Assembly (NCBI GenBank): GCA_038065555.1
Contig: JBBTQS010000001.1
Span: 192,741-256,740, forward strand
Length of the DNA: 64,000 bases
DNA from: Patescibacteria group bacterium
GTDB taxonomy: Bacteria > Patescibacteriota > Patescibacteriia > Magasanikbacterales > JBBTQS01
Direction: 5' to 3'
The position numbers were made by a program, and so were the translations under genes. Below, piece by piece: positions 12,586 through 21,878 of this stretch (position 1 is its first letter; every line of letters starts with the position of its first letter). Below the pieces are notes generated by a model that had not been told where the DNA came from, did no database searches, and saw nothing but the letters and a program-made list of their open reading frames with translations.

Positions 12586-12623
12586 AGTGTTATTCCTAAT
12601 GAATTAGACGCGACAACCCATTC

Positions 12624-13460
12624 CTAAGAATGCGATGCCTCGTGCGATCCATTATGTGCCTCATCATGTCCTTCCTCACCATGTGGCGGCTCCGTTGCAA
12701 CGGTGAGGTACACAAGCGTAAGCATCGAGAACACAGTCGCCTGCACCACACCCACAATCAACTCAAGGAAGATGAAAGGCAATGGCGCTGCGTACGCAAT
12801 AAGTCCAGCAATAACTGTGAGCAATACTTCGCCCGCAAATACGTTACCGAACAATCGCAGTGAGAGCGACAACATCTTTGCAACTTCGCCGATCAATTCG
12901 AGGATTCCTACGAAGAATTCGATAAGAGCTGCAAAAATAGCTACTGGCCCCTTGCGCAAGCTCTTCCAAATACCACCCAGCTGAATGAACTTCCCTGCGT
13001 GGCGGAAGAATCCAATAGCCATGATACCGAGAATGTGCGAACTCACAACCGCAAGCACCGCAAGCGCAAGTGTCGTGTTGAGATCACTCGTTGCTGCGCG
13101 GAAAAGCGGAATGAGCATCACATGTCCTTCGTGCAATCCCCACACACCGATGGTTCCTACTCCAGGAATCAGTCCCATCCAGTTACTCACGAGAATGAAC
13201 ACGAAGAGTGAACCAACAATAGGAAGGAATCGACGCGCACGCGCACGGTCATTGGTCACCTTCTCGATCTGATCAATGAGCACCTCGAGAATTGTCTCCA
13301 CGAAATTCTGAATTCCGCGTGGAACAAGCGCACGTCGCGATCGCAATACCAGCGCAAGAATGATGAACAACCCGAGGGCAATCCACGTGTTGAGCATCGA
13401 ATTGGTGATCACGAATGATCCAATGTGTGCTACTGGTTCTGCTGCGAGTGGTACGATCAT
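12624..13460 (-). CDS. atpB: Fo ATP synthase subunit a
   Basis: 278 aa; conserved LSLSLRLFGNVFAGEVLL with essential Arg; unusual His/Glu-rich C-terminal tail (PPHGEEGHDEAHNGSHEASHS). Confidence 0.85.
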   Translation of the reverse strand: MIVPLAAEPVAHIGSFVITNSMLNTWIALGLFIILALVLRSRRALVPRGIQNFVETILEVLIDQIEKVTNDRARARRFLPIVGSLFVFILVSNWMGLIPGVGTIGVWGLHEGHVMLIPLFRAATSDLNTTLALAVLAVVSSHILGIMAIGFFRHAGKFIQLGGIWKSLRKGPVAIFAALIEFFVGILELIGEVAKMLSLSLRLFGNVFAGEVLLTVIAGLIAYAAPLPFIFLELIVGVVQATVFSMLTLVYLTVATEPPHGEEGHDEAHNGSHEASHS

Positions 13461-13693
13461 AGTTCTTGAAATTCCTTACCGAACTTCTTTGCCTTGCGAG
13501 CAATCAGCACGGCGGAAATAGTGGCGGCGAGTGCAAATCCTCCAATGAGGAGCCATGGGCGCGTGCCCCAACGAGTATCCAAATAGTTGCCGAGATTCGC
13601 GAGAAGAACGACAGGTACGGCGATTGTGGCGCCGAAATCTCCTGCGATTCTCAGGGCAAATATCCAATATTTTCGTTCAGGTGCAGTGCTCAT
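13457..13693 (-). CDS. atpZ: AtpZ/AtpI-like small membrane protein preceding the ATP synthase operon
   Basis: 78 aa, two TM helices, position immediately upstream of atpB; resembles the putative F0F1-ATPase subunit (AtpZ) family. Confidence 0.5.
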   Translation of the reverse strand: MSTAPERKYWIFALRIAGDFGATIAVPVVLLANLGNYLDTRWGTRPWLLIGGFALAATISAVLIARKAKKFGKEFQEL

Positions 13694-13741
13694 GAAATAC
13701 GGCGCTATTGTACCTATCTATGAGCCATTCGTCAAGGGATT

Positions 13742-14605
13742 TCAAACTTCGATCCCAAAGAGTCTGCGGGCATTGGCTCGTGTAGTGTCCAGGACTTCGG
13801 CGAGAGTACAACCCTTGAGTGTCGCCACACATTGCGCGACGTCTAATACATACAGCGGCTCATTGCGTTTGCCGCGATGTGGAATAGGTGTGAGATACGG
13901 AGCATCTGTTTCTACGAGGATCCATTCAAGCGGAAGTTCACGAACGACTTTCTGGAGATCAGTCAGTGTCTCGCCACTTGATTTCTTGGGTGGGAACGTA
14001 ATCACTCCAGTGAGCGATGTGTAGAACCCGAGAGCGTGATAGCGCTTCGCCTCCTCGAGAGATCCCGTGAAGCAGTGAATAACACCTCGGCGCGCGAGCT
14101 TCCCCGCAGCAATGTACTCCTCGAGAATGTCAGCACAGTCCTGGTGTGCGTCGCGACAATGGATCATGACTGGCTTGTCCACTATCTCGCACAAATCAAG
14201 ATGCTGTCGAAATACTTCCTTTTGTCGCGTCTGCACTTCCTCGATCGATCGTTCGGGTGGAATGCGATACCAGTCCAGCCCACACTCCCCGATCGCAACG
14301 ACTTTTGGATCCTGCGCCAACGAGAGATAATATTCGAAATCAAACGATTCCTCACGCGTCATGAACGGTGACTCATCTTCGTCAATCATCACGGGGAAAA
14401 GATGGTTAGGATGCAGTCCGACAGTTGCCCAGAGTCCTTCAGTTGCCCGCGCAACTTCTACACCCTTCTTGCTCGTGTCGCGCTGCGTTCCGACCGTGAT
14501 CATCGCAACACCTCCTGCAACCGTACGATCAAGAACCGCGGCCATATCGTCGCGGTAACTGTTGAAGTGAATGTGACAATGACTATCGAGTGCAACGTAG
14601 CTCAT
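13742..14605 (-). CDS. tatD: TatD-family metal-dependent DNase/hydrolase
   Basis: 287 aa; LDSHCHIHF N-terminal His motif and full-length TatD similarity; ATGA overlap with cvpA. Confidence 0.8.
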   Translation of the reverse strand: MSYVALDSHCHIHFNSYRDDMAAVLDRTVAGGVAMITVGTQRDTSKKGVEVARATEGLWATVGLHPNHLFPVMIDEDESPFMTREESFDFEYYLSLAQDPKVVAIGECGLDWYRIPPERSIEEVQTRQKEVFRQHLDLCEIVDKPVMIHCRDAHQDCADILEEYIAAGKLARRGVIHCFTGSLEEAKRYHALGFYTSLTGVITFPPKKSSGETLTDLQKVVRELPLEWILVETDAPYLTPIPHRGKRNEPLYVLDVAQCVATLKGCTLAEVLDTTRANARRLFGIEV

Positions 14606-15141
14606 GGCTTGTGTTCAAAAAGATGTTCAACATGTTCCCACGCTTCCGGCAACAACGGGAATAGGACTGCTGCCATATCCACGAGCCACGGCGCAACAGT
14701 CGAACCTTCGAAGAAGTGCTTCATCCCTTCACCAAACGGAAACGCGGACAAATACGCGATACCAAGTCCCAATACAAGTGCGCCTTCCAGAAATCCAGCG
14801 AGTCCACCAAGGAAATGATTGATCGAGTTCAAAAAAGGAATCGAGCGCATGATGTTGAGACTCTTGTCCAACATCCAGAACACCATTCCCACCAATCGAT
14901 TGACGATAAAGAACGTACTAAAGAACACCAGCACATGCGCAGTCCCCACTGGGAAGTTAACCTGCGTCAGGAGCCACTCTGTAATTCCATTATTGTAATG
15001 TGTTGCAACATACGCTCCTGCAACCGTACCCACCACAGATCCCACCGCATGAATCGCGCCAGCCATCCACCCAAACGATGTGAACCCGAGCATTGCCAGG
15101 AACAAAAAAACATCTGGGTTGAAGACTTCTGCGATTTTCAT
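14602..15141 (-). CDS. cvpA: CvpA-family (colicin V production) membrane protein
   Basis: 179 aa, 4 TM helices, CvpA-like organisation. Confidence 0.55.
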   Translation of the reverse strand: MKIAEVFNPDVFLFLAMLGFTSFGWMAGAIHAVGSVVGTVAGAYVATHYNNGITEWLLTQVNFPVGTAHVLVFFSTFFIVNRLVGMVFWMLDKSLNIMRSIPFLNSINHFLGGLAGFLEGALVLGLGIAYLSAFPFGEGMKHFFEGSTVAPWLVDMAAVLFPLLPEAWEHVEHLFEHKP

Positions 15142-15153
15142 ACCGTACGAATA

Positions 15154-16668
15154 TTATTCGCCGATCTTTGGGAAAAGGATCTGCGACTGGCCCACCCGCT
15201 GTCCGGCGGTAATATGGGAGAGCTCAATGCCAGGTGCCCACACCGCTCCAGGCGCCTCACATCCGAGTTGCGACAACATTTTTGTTGCCGTCTCGGGCAT
15301 GATCGGAAGGAGCATGTATGCAACATGCATGAGCTTGTCTGCGAGCAAGTATAACACAGTGCCCAAGCTCGCGTCGTTGTTCTTCGCCAACTCCCAAGGC
15401 TTCTCCTCTGTAATAACGCGGTTAGCATCGCGCACATGATCCCAGATCACCGTGAGCGCACTCGTGAAATCAAATCGCTCCATCGCGTCTGCATAGTGCT
15501 TCCACGTTGCATCATACGTTGGCGGGATGACGCCACACGCAGGTATCACACTGTTGCTGAACTTGTGATGCATCACCACAACGCGCGAGACGAGATTGCC
15601 CAGCGCATTTCCCAACTCATCGTTGTATCGAGTCTCTAACTTCTCGAGCGAAAAATCTCCATCTTCTCCAAATGTAATCTCACGCAATAGGAAGAAGCGC
15701 AGCGCATCCTTCGTATATTTCTGCGCTGTTGTTACAGGATCGATGACATTACCCAGCGATTTGCTCATCTTCTGTCCATCGATGGTGAAGAATCCATGAG
15801 CAAAGACCTGTTCTGGAATGGCGATATCCGCTGCCATGAGCATGGCAGGCCAGAGTGCGCAGTGGAATTTGATGATGTCTTTGCCGACCAGTTGTACTTG
15901 CGCTGGCCAGAACTTCTCGAATTGCGCCTGATCAGTCCCAAATCCAATAACCGACAGATAATTAATCAATGCATCGAACCAGACATACAACACTTGTGAT
16001 GGATCCGTCGGTACTGGAATGCCCCAAGTCTGCGTCTGTCGAGAAATACTTACGTCCTCGAGATGATCCTTGATATAGTTGACGATCTCATTGCGACGAG
16101 ATGTTGGCTGCACGAACTCTGGATGTGACTCAATGTGTGCCAAAAGCGCATCACGATATTTGGTGAGTCGGAAGAAATAATTTTTTTCCTTGATCGTCTC
16201 TGGCTTGCGACGGTGCAGCGGACACTCACCTGCCTCATTGAGATCCGTTGCGCGATAGAACGCTTCGCACCCCGTGCAATAGAGCCCTTGGTATTCGCCT
16301 TCGTAGATATCTCCCTTGGCTTCGACTCTGCGGAAAAATTCACGAACTGCTGCGAGGTGTCGTGGCTGCGTTGTGCGAATAAAATCTGTGAACGTGAGAT
16401 CCATCTCCTTCCACGTAGATTCCCACTGTGCAGCCATTTCATCAATGTACCCATGAATCGTTGCGGCTCCAGCTTTTTGCGCAGCGTCAACACTTTTTTG
16501 ACTATTCTCGTCTGTGCCTGTGGCAAAAAATACATCCTTACCTGTCAGCCGATGATACCGTGCAATAACATCTGCAACGATCGTGGTGTACGCATGCCCA
16601 ATATGCGGCCGATCGTTAATATAGTAAATCGGCGTGGTCAAGAAATAGGTTTTGGACATATTTGACAT
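15154..16668 (-). CDS. metG: Methionyl-tRNA synthetase (short form without C-terminal tRNA-binding domain)
   Basis: 504 aa; class I motifs PIYYINDRPHIGHAYT (HIGH) and KMSKSLGNV (KMSKS); zinc knuckle CTGCEAFY...C. Confidence 0.9.
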   Translation of the reverse strand: MSNMSKTYFLTTPIYYINDRPHIGHAYTTIVADVIARYHRLTGKDVFFATGTDENSQKSVDAAQKAGAATIHGYIDEMAAQWESTWKEMDLTFTDFIRTTQPRHLAAVREFFRRVEAKGDIYEGEYQGLYCTGCEAFYRATDLNEAGECPLHRRKPETIKEKNYFFRLTKYRDALLAHIESHPEFVQPTSRRNEIVNYIKDHLEDVSISRQTQTWGIPVPTDPSQVLYVWFDALINYLSVIGFGTDQAQFEKFWPAQVQLVGKDIIKFHCALWPAMLMAADIAIPEQVFAHGFFTIDGQKMSKSLGNVIDPVTTAQKYTKDALRFFLLREITFGEDGDFSLEKLETRYNDELGNALGNLVSRVVVMHHKFSNSVIPACGVIPPTYDATWKHYADAMERFDFTSALTVIWDHVRDANRVITEEKPWELAKNNDASLGTVLYLLADKLMHVAYMLLPIMPETATKMLSQLGCEAPGAVWAPGIELSHITAGQRVGQSQILFPKIGE

Positions 16669-16700
16669 GGAAACATCTATAGTATACTATTGCACATCCA
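16669..16700. promoter_or_regulatory. Bidirectional promoter region with palindromic -10 (TAGTATACTA): serves metG on the minus strand and, with a consensus TTGACA -35, a plus-strand transcript
   Basis: Plus strand atTTGACAtggaaacatctatagTATACTattg; on the minus strand TATACT lies about 12 nt upstream of the metG ATG. Confidence 0.45.
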
Positions 16701-16975
16701 CATGTCTCTCACTTCATGTGGACAAGGTCCGTTAGGTGCTGCACTGGCCCGTTTGGGGCTCTGGCAACGCAGAGGTTCTATGCTGTGTCATCCCGCCCAC
16801 ACCATCACCCTCGCGCCGAGCCATCGATTGAAGTACGTGTCATGTCACGCACAGGGAGGGCGATACTCTCAGGTGCGTGGCTGAGTGGCCACTCACACCT
16901 ACAACAACTTTCCAGCACACAACGGATCGAGACCCCTAGACTTTGCTAACGCATTGGCTGGGGGTTTCATTTTTT
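16700..16975 (+). ncRNA. Candidate structured ncRNA of unknown class (about 270 nt) between promoter and plus-strand terminator
   Basis: 305 bp GC-rich non-coding gap between metG and rsmI; plus-strand TTGACA/TATACT promoter at 5' end; 3' end has CCCC...GGGGG stem followed by TTTCATTTTTTATTG; contains GGGGCTCTG...GCAACGC and AGGTCCG motifs reminiscent of SRP RNA but not convincingly alignable. Confidence 0.3.
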
Positions 16976-17663
16976 ATTGTGGAGCCAAGACAAGGACAAA
17001 TTCACCCTTTTCAACAATCTGTGGCAACACCTGCGCAATAGTCCCACGATATACGGTCTCGAACTGTTTCGTCAATTCACGACAGACGACCACACGTCGA
17101 TCTCCCATGGCGCTCTCGAGCTCCGTGAGTGTTTTCTTGATGCGGTGCACAGACTCGTAGAGCACAATACATCCGCGTTCTTGTGCGAGCTCTGCAATGC
17201 GCGTCTGTCTTCCTTTTTTTACAGGCAAGAATCCTGCGAACACCACACGATCAAATGCAAACCCGGCGACCGAAAGCGCTGCAGCAAGCGCACTAGGGCC
17301 CGGAATAGCGACAATGGAGACTTCTGGAAGATGCGCGCTCACGTACGCCACAACTGCCGCACCTGGATCAGACACACCTGGCGTACCAGCGTCGCTGACC
17401 ACAGCCACATCACTTCCCTTCTCCAGGAGACTACGAATCTCATGCATGGTCTTCGCAGTTGCATGTTCATCGAGTCGTAACGTATGTGCAGCACTCTCAA
17501 TATGTGAAAGGAGTTTCTTAGTCACGCGCGTATCCTCACAACAGACCATGGGCACAGCGCAAAGAATCTCACGCGCACGCGCAGTGAGATCTCCGAGATT
17601 TCCGATAGGTGTTGCGACAATATAGAGTGTTCCAGCAGGCATGTTATTGTGGATACCCAACAC
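16974..17663 (-). CDS. rsmI: 16S rRNA (cytidine1402-2'-O)-methyltransferase
   Basis: TLYIVATPIGNLGDLTARA N-terminal tetrapyrrole-methylase-like motif; likely true start at internal Met (MPAGTLYIV, about 17642). Confidence 0.8.
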   Translation of the reverse strand: MLGIHNNMPAGTLYIVATPIGNLGDLTARAREILCAVPMVCCEDTRVTKKLLSHIESAAHTLRLDEHATAKTMHEIRSLLEKGSDVAVVSDAGTPGVSDPGAAVVAYVSAHLPEVSIVAIPGPSALAAALSVAGFAFDRVVFAGFLPVKKGRQTRIAELAQERGCIVLYESVHRIKKTLTELESAMGDRRVVVCRELTKQFETVYRGTIAQVLPQIVEKGEFVLVLAPQ

Positions 17664-17665
17664 CG

Positions 17666-17917
17666 CTAGTTCTCTGGAAAAATCTGATTTCCTTCCTCAT
17701 CAAACAGCTTGATAGCAAGCACGGGGCAGCTCTGGGCTGCGAGTAACAACGTGTCATCATCTGCACCTTCAGGATCAACAATGTACGCCTTTTGCTCGTC
17801 ATTCATCTGGAATACTCCTGGCGCTACAACAACGCAACTCACCGCACCAATACACGCGTCCTGGTCAACGATAATTTTGTGAATGCGACCAGTTTTGCGT
17901 TCTCGATTATCTTCCAT
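17666..17917 (-). CDS. Small ferredoxin (single Fe-S cluster, 3-Cys + Asp type)
   Basis: KIIVDQDACIGAVSC...SCP pattern; start trimmed to internal Met because the ORF-track N-terminus overlaps the upstream ferredoxin gene. Confidence 0.55.
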   Translation of the reverse strand: MEDNRERKTGRIHKIIVDQDACIGAVSCVVVAPGVFQMNDEQKAYIVDPEGADDDTLLLAAQSCPVLAIKLFDEEGNQIFPEN

Positions 17918-17924
17918 AGCATTG

Positions 17925-18266
17925 TTAGAATAAATCCTCGCGATCGATAATAAGATTGATTGCGGCATCAGTCACCATCCCTTGGTTGTGCGGCAACGTG
18001 CGCGCGTTCTCCACATTCTCATGCACGCTGCGTGGCGTGTTGTGGTGCACCACATTCCCATTCACATCAACGTTGGGTCCGATACTACAATACCCCGTGC
18101 AGTTGCGCGTTGCAACTGACACGGTTGTGTCATCTTTGTACGCTTCTTCGAGCACGGTCACGAGTTGCACAGCGTTGCGCGCCATACAATCTCCACCGCA
18201 ACAGACACGCACATCATCTGGCTCGCGCGGCGACTCACTAGACGCAACAGGCTCGTTAGTTACCAT
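17925..18266 (-). CDS. Thioredoxin-like [2Fe-2S] ferredoxin
   Basis: CCGGDC ... CTGYC cysteine pattern characteristic of Trx-like 2Fe-2S ferredoxins; sits directly after nifU. Confidence 0.6.
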   Translation of the reverse strand: MVTNEPVASSESPREPDDVRVCCGGDCMARNAVQLVTVLEEAYKDDTTVSVATRNCTGYCSIGPNVDVNGNVVHHNTPRSVHENVENARTLPHNQGMVTDAAINLIIDREDLF

Positions 18267-18930
18267 AATATTTCTCCGCGTAGAAACGGATCAACTCCTC
18301 AACCTGCTGACGAACTTCAGCGCTTGCACCAACGCCCACCTTCAACTTCTTCTGTACTTCCTCAAGCGTCGTTGCGCCTTCGAGTACTGCTTCCTCGATA
18401 TCATGATCTGTAGTATTCGTTGCAGGATCAATAACACGCTTGCCTTCTACTTGCACGCGCTGATGCTGCTCTGTTGCATGGAAATACGTGTTCACTGCTT
18501 TGCGAAATGCTTTGTCTGCAAGGACTGAGCAGTGAATCTTGCGATTAGGCAGTCCGCCGAGGCGTACCATGATGTCTTGTGGCTTGATCTTGAGCGCGTC
18601 GTCAACACGCAGCCCGCCATCCTCTGTAATCATCACAGAGAACATCGACGTAGCAGCGATAGCAGATCCACACCCGAATGTCTTCCACTTGAGATCTGTA
18701 ATGCGCTCTGTCTCCTTGTCTACCTTGATCCAAATATCCATGACGTCCCCACACGCAGGTGAACCTACGGTTCCACGCGCATCGAACTGCGCTTCCATCT
18801 CTGGCGTCGGCTCATCGAGCAACAAATTGCGTGGATGAAAAAAATGATCCTTTACAATTGGTGAATACACCCAGCGCTGACCGGTGTGCTCGTTCACGAC
18901 ATCTGATCCTTGTGCTTTGACTGGTTCCAT
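18256..18930 (-). CDS. nifU: NifU/IscU-type Fe-S cluster assembly scaffold
   Basis: GSPACGDVM ... KTFGCGSAIA (the three scaffold Cys) plus C-terminal extension; follows the cysteine desulfurase. Confidence 0.8.
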   Translation of the reverse strand: MEPVKAQGSDVVNEHTGQRWVYSPIVKDHFFHPRNLLLDEPTPEMEAQFDARGTVGSPACGDVMDIWIKVDKETERITDLKWKTFGCGSAIAATSMFSVMITEDGGLRVDDALKIKPQDIMVRLGGLPNRKIHCSVLADKAFRKAVNTYFHATEQHQRVQVEGKRVIDPATNTTDHDIEEAVLEGATTLEEVQKKLKVGVGASAEVRQQVEELIRFYAEKYYGN

Positions 18931-18936
18931 AGTGTT

Positions 18937-20232
18937 TTATTTCTTAGTAACAAAGTGTGGCAAACCATCTTCGACAAATGCCGAAGCCATGCTCACTGAT
19001 TTCTCATCTCCCATCGCAATACGCACAGGCGAAACCTGACGCAAGAATGCAACCGTTGGCACAAGTACCGTGAGCACATACTCGAGATCCTCGCGTGTCG
19101 TTGTCTTGCCGAGCGTGAATCGCATGCTGCTGTGCGCGTACTCATACGGACGGCCAATGCCAGTGATCACATGCGAAGGATCAAGTGACTCACTCGTGCA
19201 CGCACTTCCGGTGCTCATACTAATACCATACTCATCGAGATACAGAATGAGCGCCTCACCCTCAATATCTAGAATCGAAACGTTGATGTTATTAGGCAAT
19301 CGCTCTGTCGGATGACCGTTGAGCACGATCTTCGGCATACGCGCATGCAATTCCTTGATGAACCAGTCGCGCAATTCGAGAAGTCGCGCATTCTCTGCGT
19401 CCTTCTCCGCCTGCATATTTGCGATCGCTGTTGCGAGTCCTACAATGTACGCAACGTTCTCCGTACCTGCGCGCTTGCGGAATTCCTGTCCGCCGCCCAT
19501 CACAATAGGCTTGATCGACACGCCCTTGCGAATGAAGAGCGCGCCAACACCTTTCGGCCCATAAATCTTCGAGCCATTGATCGTCATGAGATCAACATGG
19601 AGCTTGTCCACATTCATCTCAAGCGCACCTGCTGCCTGACATGCATCGGTGTGCAAAAATGGCGGCTCTGTTGGTCCGCGACCATGCTCCTTCTTCCACT
19701 TCGTGATCGCGTTACCAATTTCACCAATAGGATTGATGGTTCCAATTTCATTATTTGCGTACATGATCGTGACAAGCGTCGTGTCCTCACGCAGCGCAGC
19801 CATTACCGACTCCACGCTCACACGTCCCGTCTCATCCACTGCAACATACGTAGTCTCAAACCCTTCCTTCTCGAGCGCTTCGAGCGGATGCAATACTGCG
19901 TGATGCTCAATAGCCAACGAGATCAGATGCTTGCCCTTTGCAGCATACTGACGTGCAATGCCAAATACCGCCATGTTGTCGCTCTCTGTACCACTTCCTG
20001 TAAAAATAATATTTCCAGGATTGCAACCAAAAATAGTTGCAATCGTTGTTCGCGCTTGCGTCACAGCGTAGAGCGCCTCGCGTCCTGCATCATACAACCC
20101 ACCTGGATTACCGTAGATGGTTGTGAAGTATGGTGTCATGGCTGCAAGCACACGTGGATCCATGGGTGTTGCTGCTGCATGATCCAAGTAGACGTTGCGC
20201 TTTGCAACTTGCGGTGGCTGGAATTGTGACAT
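18937..20232 (-). CDS. nifS: Cysteine desulfurase (NifS/IscS class V aminotransferase)
   Basis: 431 aa; PLP-lysine region INGSKIYGPKG, active-site loop SGSACTSESLDPSHV. Confidence 0.9.
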   Translation of the reverse strand: MSQFQPPQVAKRNVYLDHAAATPMDPRVLAAMTPYFTTIYGNPGGLYDAGREALYAVTQARTTIATIFGCNPGNIIFTGSGTESDNMAVFGIARQYAAKGKHLISLAIEHHAVLHPLEALEKEGFETTYVAVDETGRVSVESVMAALREDTTLVTIMYANNEIGTINPIGEIGNAITKWKKEHGRGPTEPPFLHTDACQAAGALEMNVDKLHVDLMTINGSKIYGPKGVGALFIRKGVSIKPIVMGGGQEFRKRAGTENVAYIVGLATAIANMQAEKDAENARLLELRDWFIKELHARMPKIVLNGHPTERLPNNINVSILDIEGEALILYLDEYGISMSTGSACTSESLDPSHVITGIGRPYEYAHSSMRFTLGKTTTREDLEYVLTVLVPTVAFLRQVSPVRIAMGDEKSVSMASAFVEDGLPHFVTKK

Positions 20233-20238
20233 AGAGGA

Positions 20239-20637
20239 TTAGGTGAGTTCTGTAAGTGGGACGTTGCGCAGAAGTTGCGCGATTTGATAATTGATTTTGC
20301 TGACGACTTTCTTCGTGCGACATTTGTGTTCGAATGCGCAAGCGCCTGGCTTGCTCACACACAACGTCACAGACACTGGACCTTCGATTGCTTCCACAAC
20401 ATCTTGTACCGTGAACTCTGCTGCAGGACGAGCCAATCGATATCCTCCCGTACTCCCCTTCGTCGCACTCACGATTCCTGACCGCTTGAGCCGAATCGCA
20501 ATACGTTGCAAGAAGAGCGAAGAAAGCGTAGACTGACGAGCAAATTCCCTGATCGACAAACTCGCGCCCTCAGGCACACGCGTGAGTGCGGCTACAAATT
20601 GCAGCGCGTAGTCAGTTTGTCGAGATAGCGTAAGCAT
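20239..20637 (-). CDS. iscR: Rrf2-family transcriptional regulator (IscR-like, 3 Cys for cluster ligation)
   Basis: 132 aa; N-terminal wHTH MLTLSRQTDYALQFVAAL; CVSKPGACAFEHKC cluster-binding segment; first gene of the Fe-S operon. Confidence 0.8.
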   Translation of the reverse strand: MLTLSRQTDYALQFVAALTRVPEGASLSIREFARQSTLSSLFLQRIAIRLKRSGIVSATKGSTGGYRLARPAAEFTVQDVVEAIEGPVSVTLCVSKPGACAFEHKCRTKKVVSKINYQIAQLLRNVPLTELT

Positions 20638-20706
20638 TGCGCAATGTATACTAAATCAGTATGATATGCGCATCGTACGCGAAACTCTCCTCTGTGTCAA
20701 GACCCT
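20638..20706. promoter_or_regulatory. Divergent promoter region between iscR and the FNR-like gene, with TGTATACT -10-like element and short inverted repeat (ATACT-N5-AGTAT)
   Basis: Sequence gcaatgTATACTaaatcAGTATgatatgcg; plausible Rrf2 operator/overlapping promoters. Confidence 0.3.
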
Positions 20707-21381
20707 ATGCCCAACCTATTTCGCGCAAAACTTGTAGAGAAAAAAGCACTAACATCATCTATTTTTTGGTGCGTTTTTGAGGTAATTGAGCCCGCGAATT
20801 TCACCTACACCCCAGGCCAATTCGTGCACATCGACATTCCAACTGCAGAAGGCAAAATCGTTCGCCGCTCATACTCCATTTGTTCTGGCAACGTAGAGAC
20901 TGGAAGATTTGAACTCTGCGTCAAGCTTGTTGAAGGTGGTACTGGTTCTGTGTATCTCAACGCCCTCACTGCTGGTGATGAGATCAATGGCGAAGCTCCA
21001 CTTGGACACTTTGTTGTGAAGGACAAAACGGTTCCTATCGTATTCATTGCAACAGGCACTGGTATTGCGCCGTTTCGCGCGATGCTTGCTGACGCACCGC
21101 ACGCAACCGTGTGGTTCGGCAACCGCTGTGAAGAAGATGTATTCTGGATGGAAGACCTCGAATCTCGCGCAGCGCAATTCCATGTCACACTCTCCCAACC
21201 AAGCGATACGTGGACAGGGCTGCGCGGTCGCGTCACTGCACACACCAACGTCATCGTGCACGAGAATCCGTCCACGCACTATTACTTGTGCGGCACCCCG
21301 CCCATGGTACTTGAGATGCGCAAAGCACTCATCGCATCTGACATCAGTCCAACAAATATCTTCTTCGAACTTTTCACCTAG
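20707..21381 (+). CDS. Ferredoxin-NADP reductase-like FAD/NAD(P)-binding oxidoreductase
   Basis: 224 aa; FAD motif RSYSICS, NAD(P) motif FIATGTGIAPF, C-terminal YLCGTPPM. Confidence 0.75.
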   Translation: MPNLFRAKLVEKKALTSSIFWCVFEVIEPANFTYTPGQFVHIDIPTAEGKIVRRSYSICSGNVETGRFELCVKLVEGGTGSVYLNALTAGDEINGEAPLGHFVVKDKTVPIVFIATGTGIAPFRAMLADAPHATVWFGNRCEEDVFWMEDLESRAAQFHVTLSQPSDTWTGLRGRVTAHTNVIVHENPSTHYYLCGTPPMVLEMRKALIASDISPTNIFFELFT

Positions 21382-21384
21382 ACT

Positions 21385-21780
21385 ATGCCTACGAAATCCG
21401 TTGTTGTTTGTGCATCGAAGCGCTAAGCAAAAGAAGTTGCCGCGTTTTGTGACGAGCTGGAATCACTCGGCGTGACAGTCTTCCGACCCAACATCTCCGA
21501 ACCTATTTTTGAAAATGAAATGCACGTGACGCCGCACATCACTCGCATGCTCTTCAAGGGTCTCACGCTCGAACACTTCGACATGATCCGCAAGGCCGAC
21601 GCATGTTATGTGCACAATATTGATAGCTACGCAGGCGTAAGTGTCTCCATGGAAATGGGCTACGCCACTGCACTTGGCAAACCTCTCTACGCACTCAATC
21701 CAACAACAGGAGATCCTTGCCGCGACAGTCTCATCGATCGCGTGACACCAACAGCCGCATCACTCGCTGCGTTGCTCTAA
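21385..21780 (+). pseudogene. Nucleoside 2-deoxyribosyltransferase-like gene interrupted by in-frame TAA after codon 13
   Basis: MPTKSVVVCASKR-TAA-AKEVAAFCDELESLGVTVF...DSYAGVSVSMEMGYATALGKPLYAL all in one frame; conserved (D)S..S.E.GYA.ALGKP motif of the Ndt family. TAA is a used stop in this genome (e.g. atpD). Confidence 0.5.
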
Positions 21781-21789
21781 ATAAAAAAG

Positions 21790-21850
21790 CACCCCTCGAC
21801 CTTCACACCGCGTTGTGCGATGAGATGGTCGAGGGGGCTAAATCGCCCAG
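21790..21850 (-). terminator. Hairpin plus T-run downstream of the minus-strand Cys-rich protein gene
   Basis: GCCCCTCGACC-N25-GGTCGAGGGGTGC followed by TTTTTTAT on the minus strand; convergent intergenic region. Confidence 0.4.
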
Positions 21851-21878
21851 GAGCAAAGTCCTTGCGATCACGCGCGTA

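Noticed and set aside
16700-16975. Assignment of the intergenic RNA as SRP RNA (4.5S/scRNA)
   Set aside because: Motif resemblance only (GGGGCUCUG, GCAACGC, AGGUCCG). The order of elements and helix 8 pairing do not fit, so left as unclassified ncRNA candidate.
19312-20229. 305-aa plus-strand ORF over nifS
   Set aside because: Antisense to the cysteine desulfurase gene.
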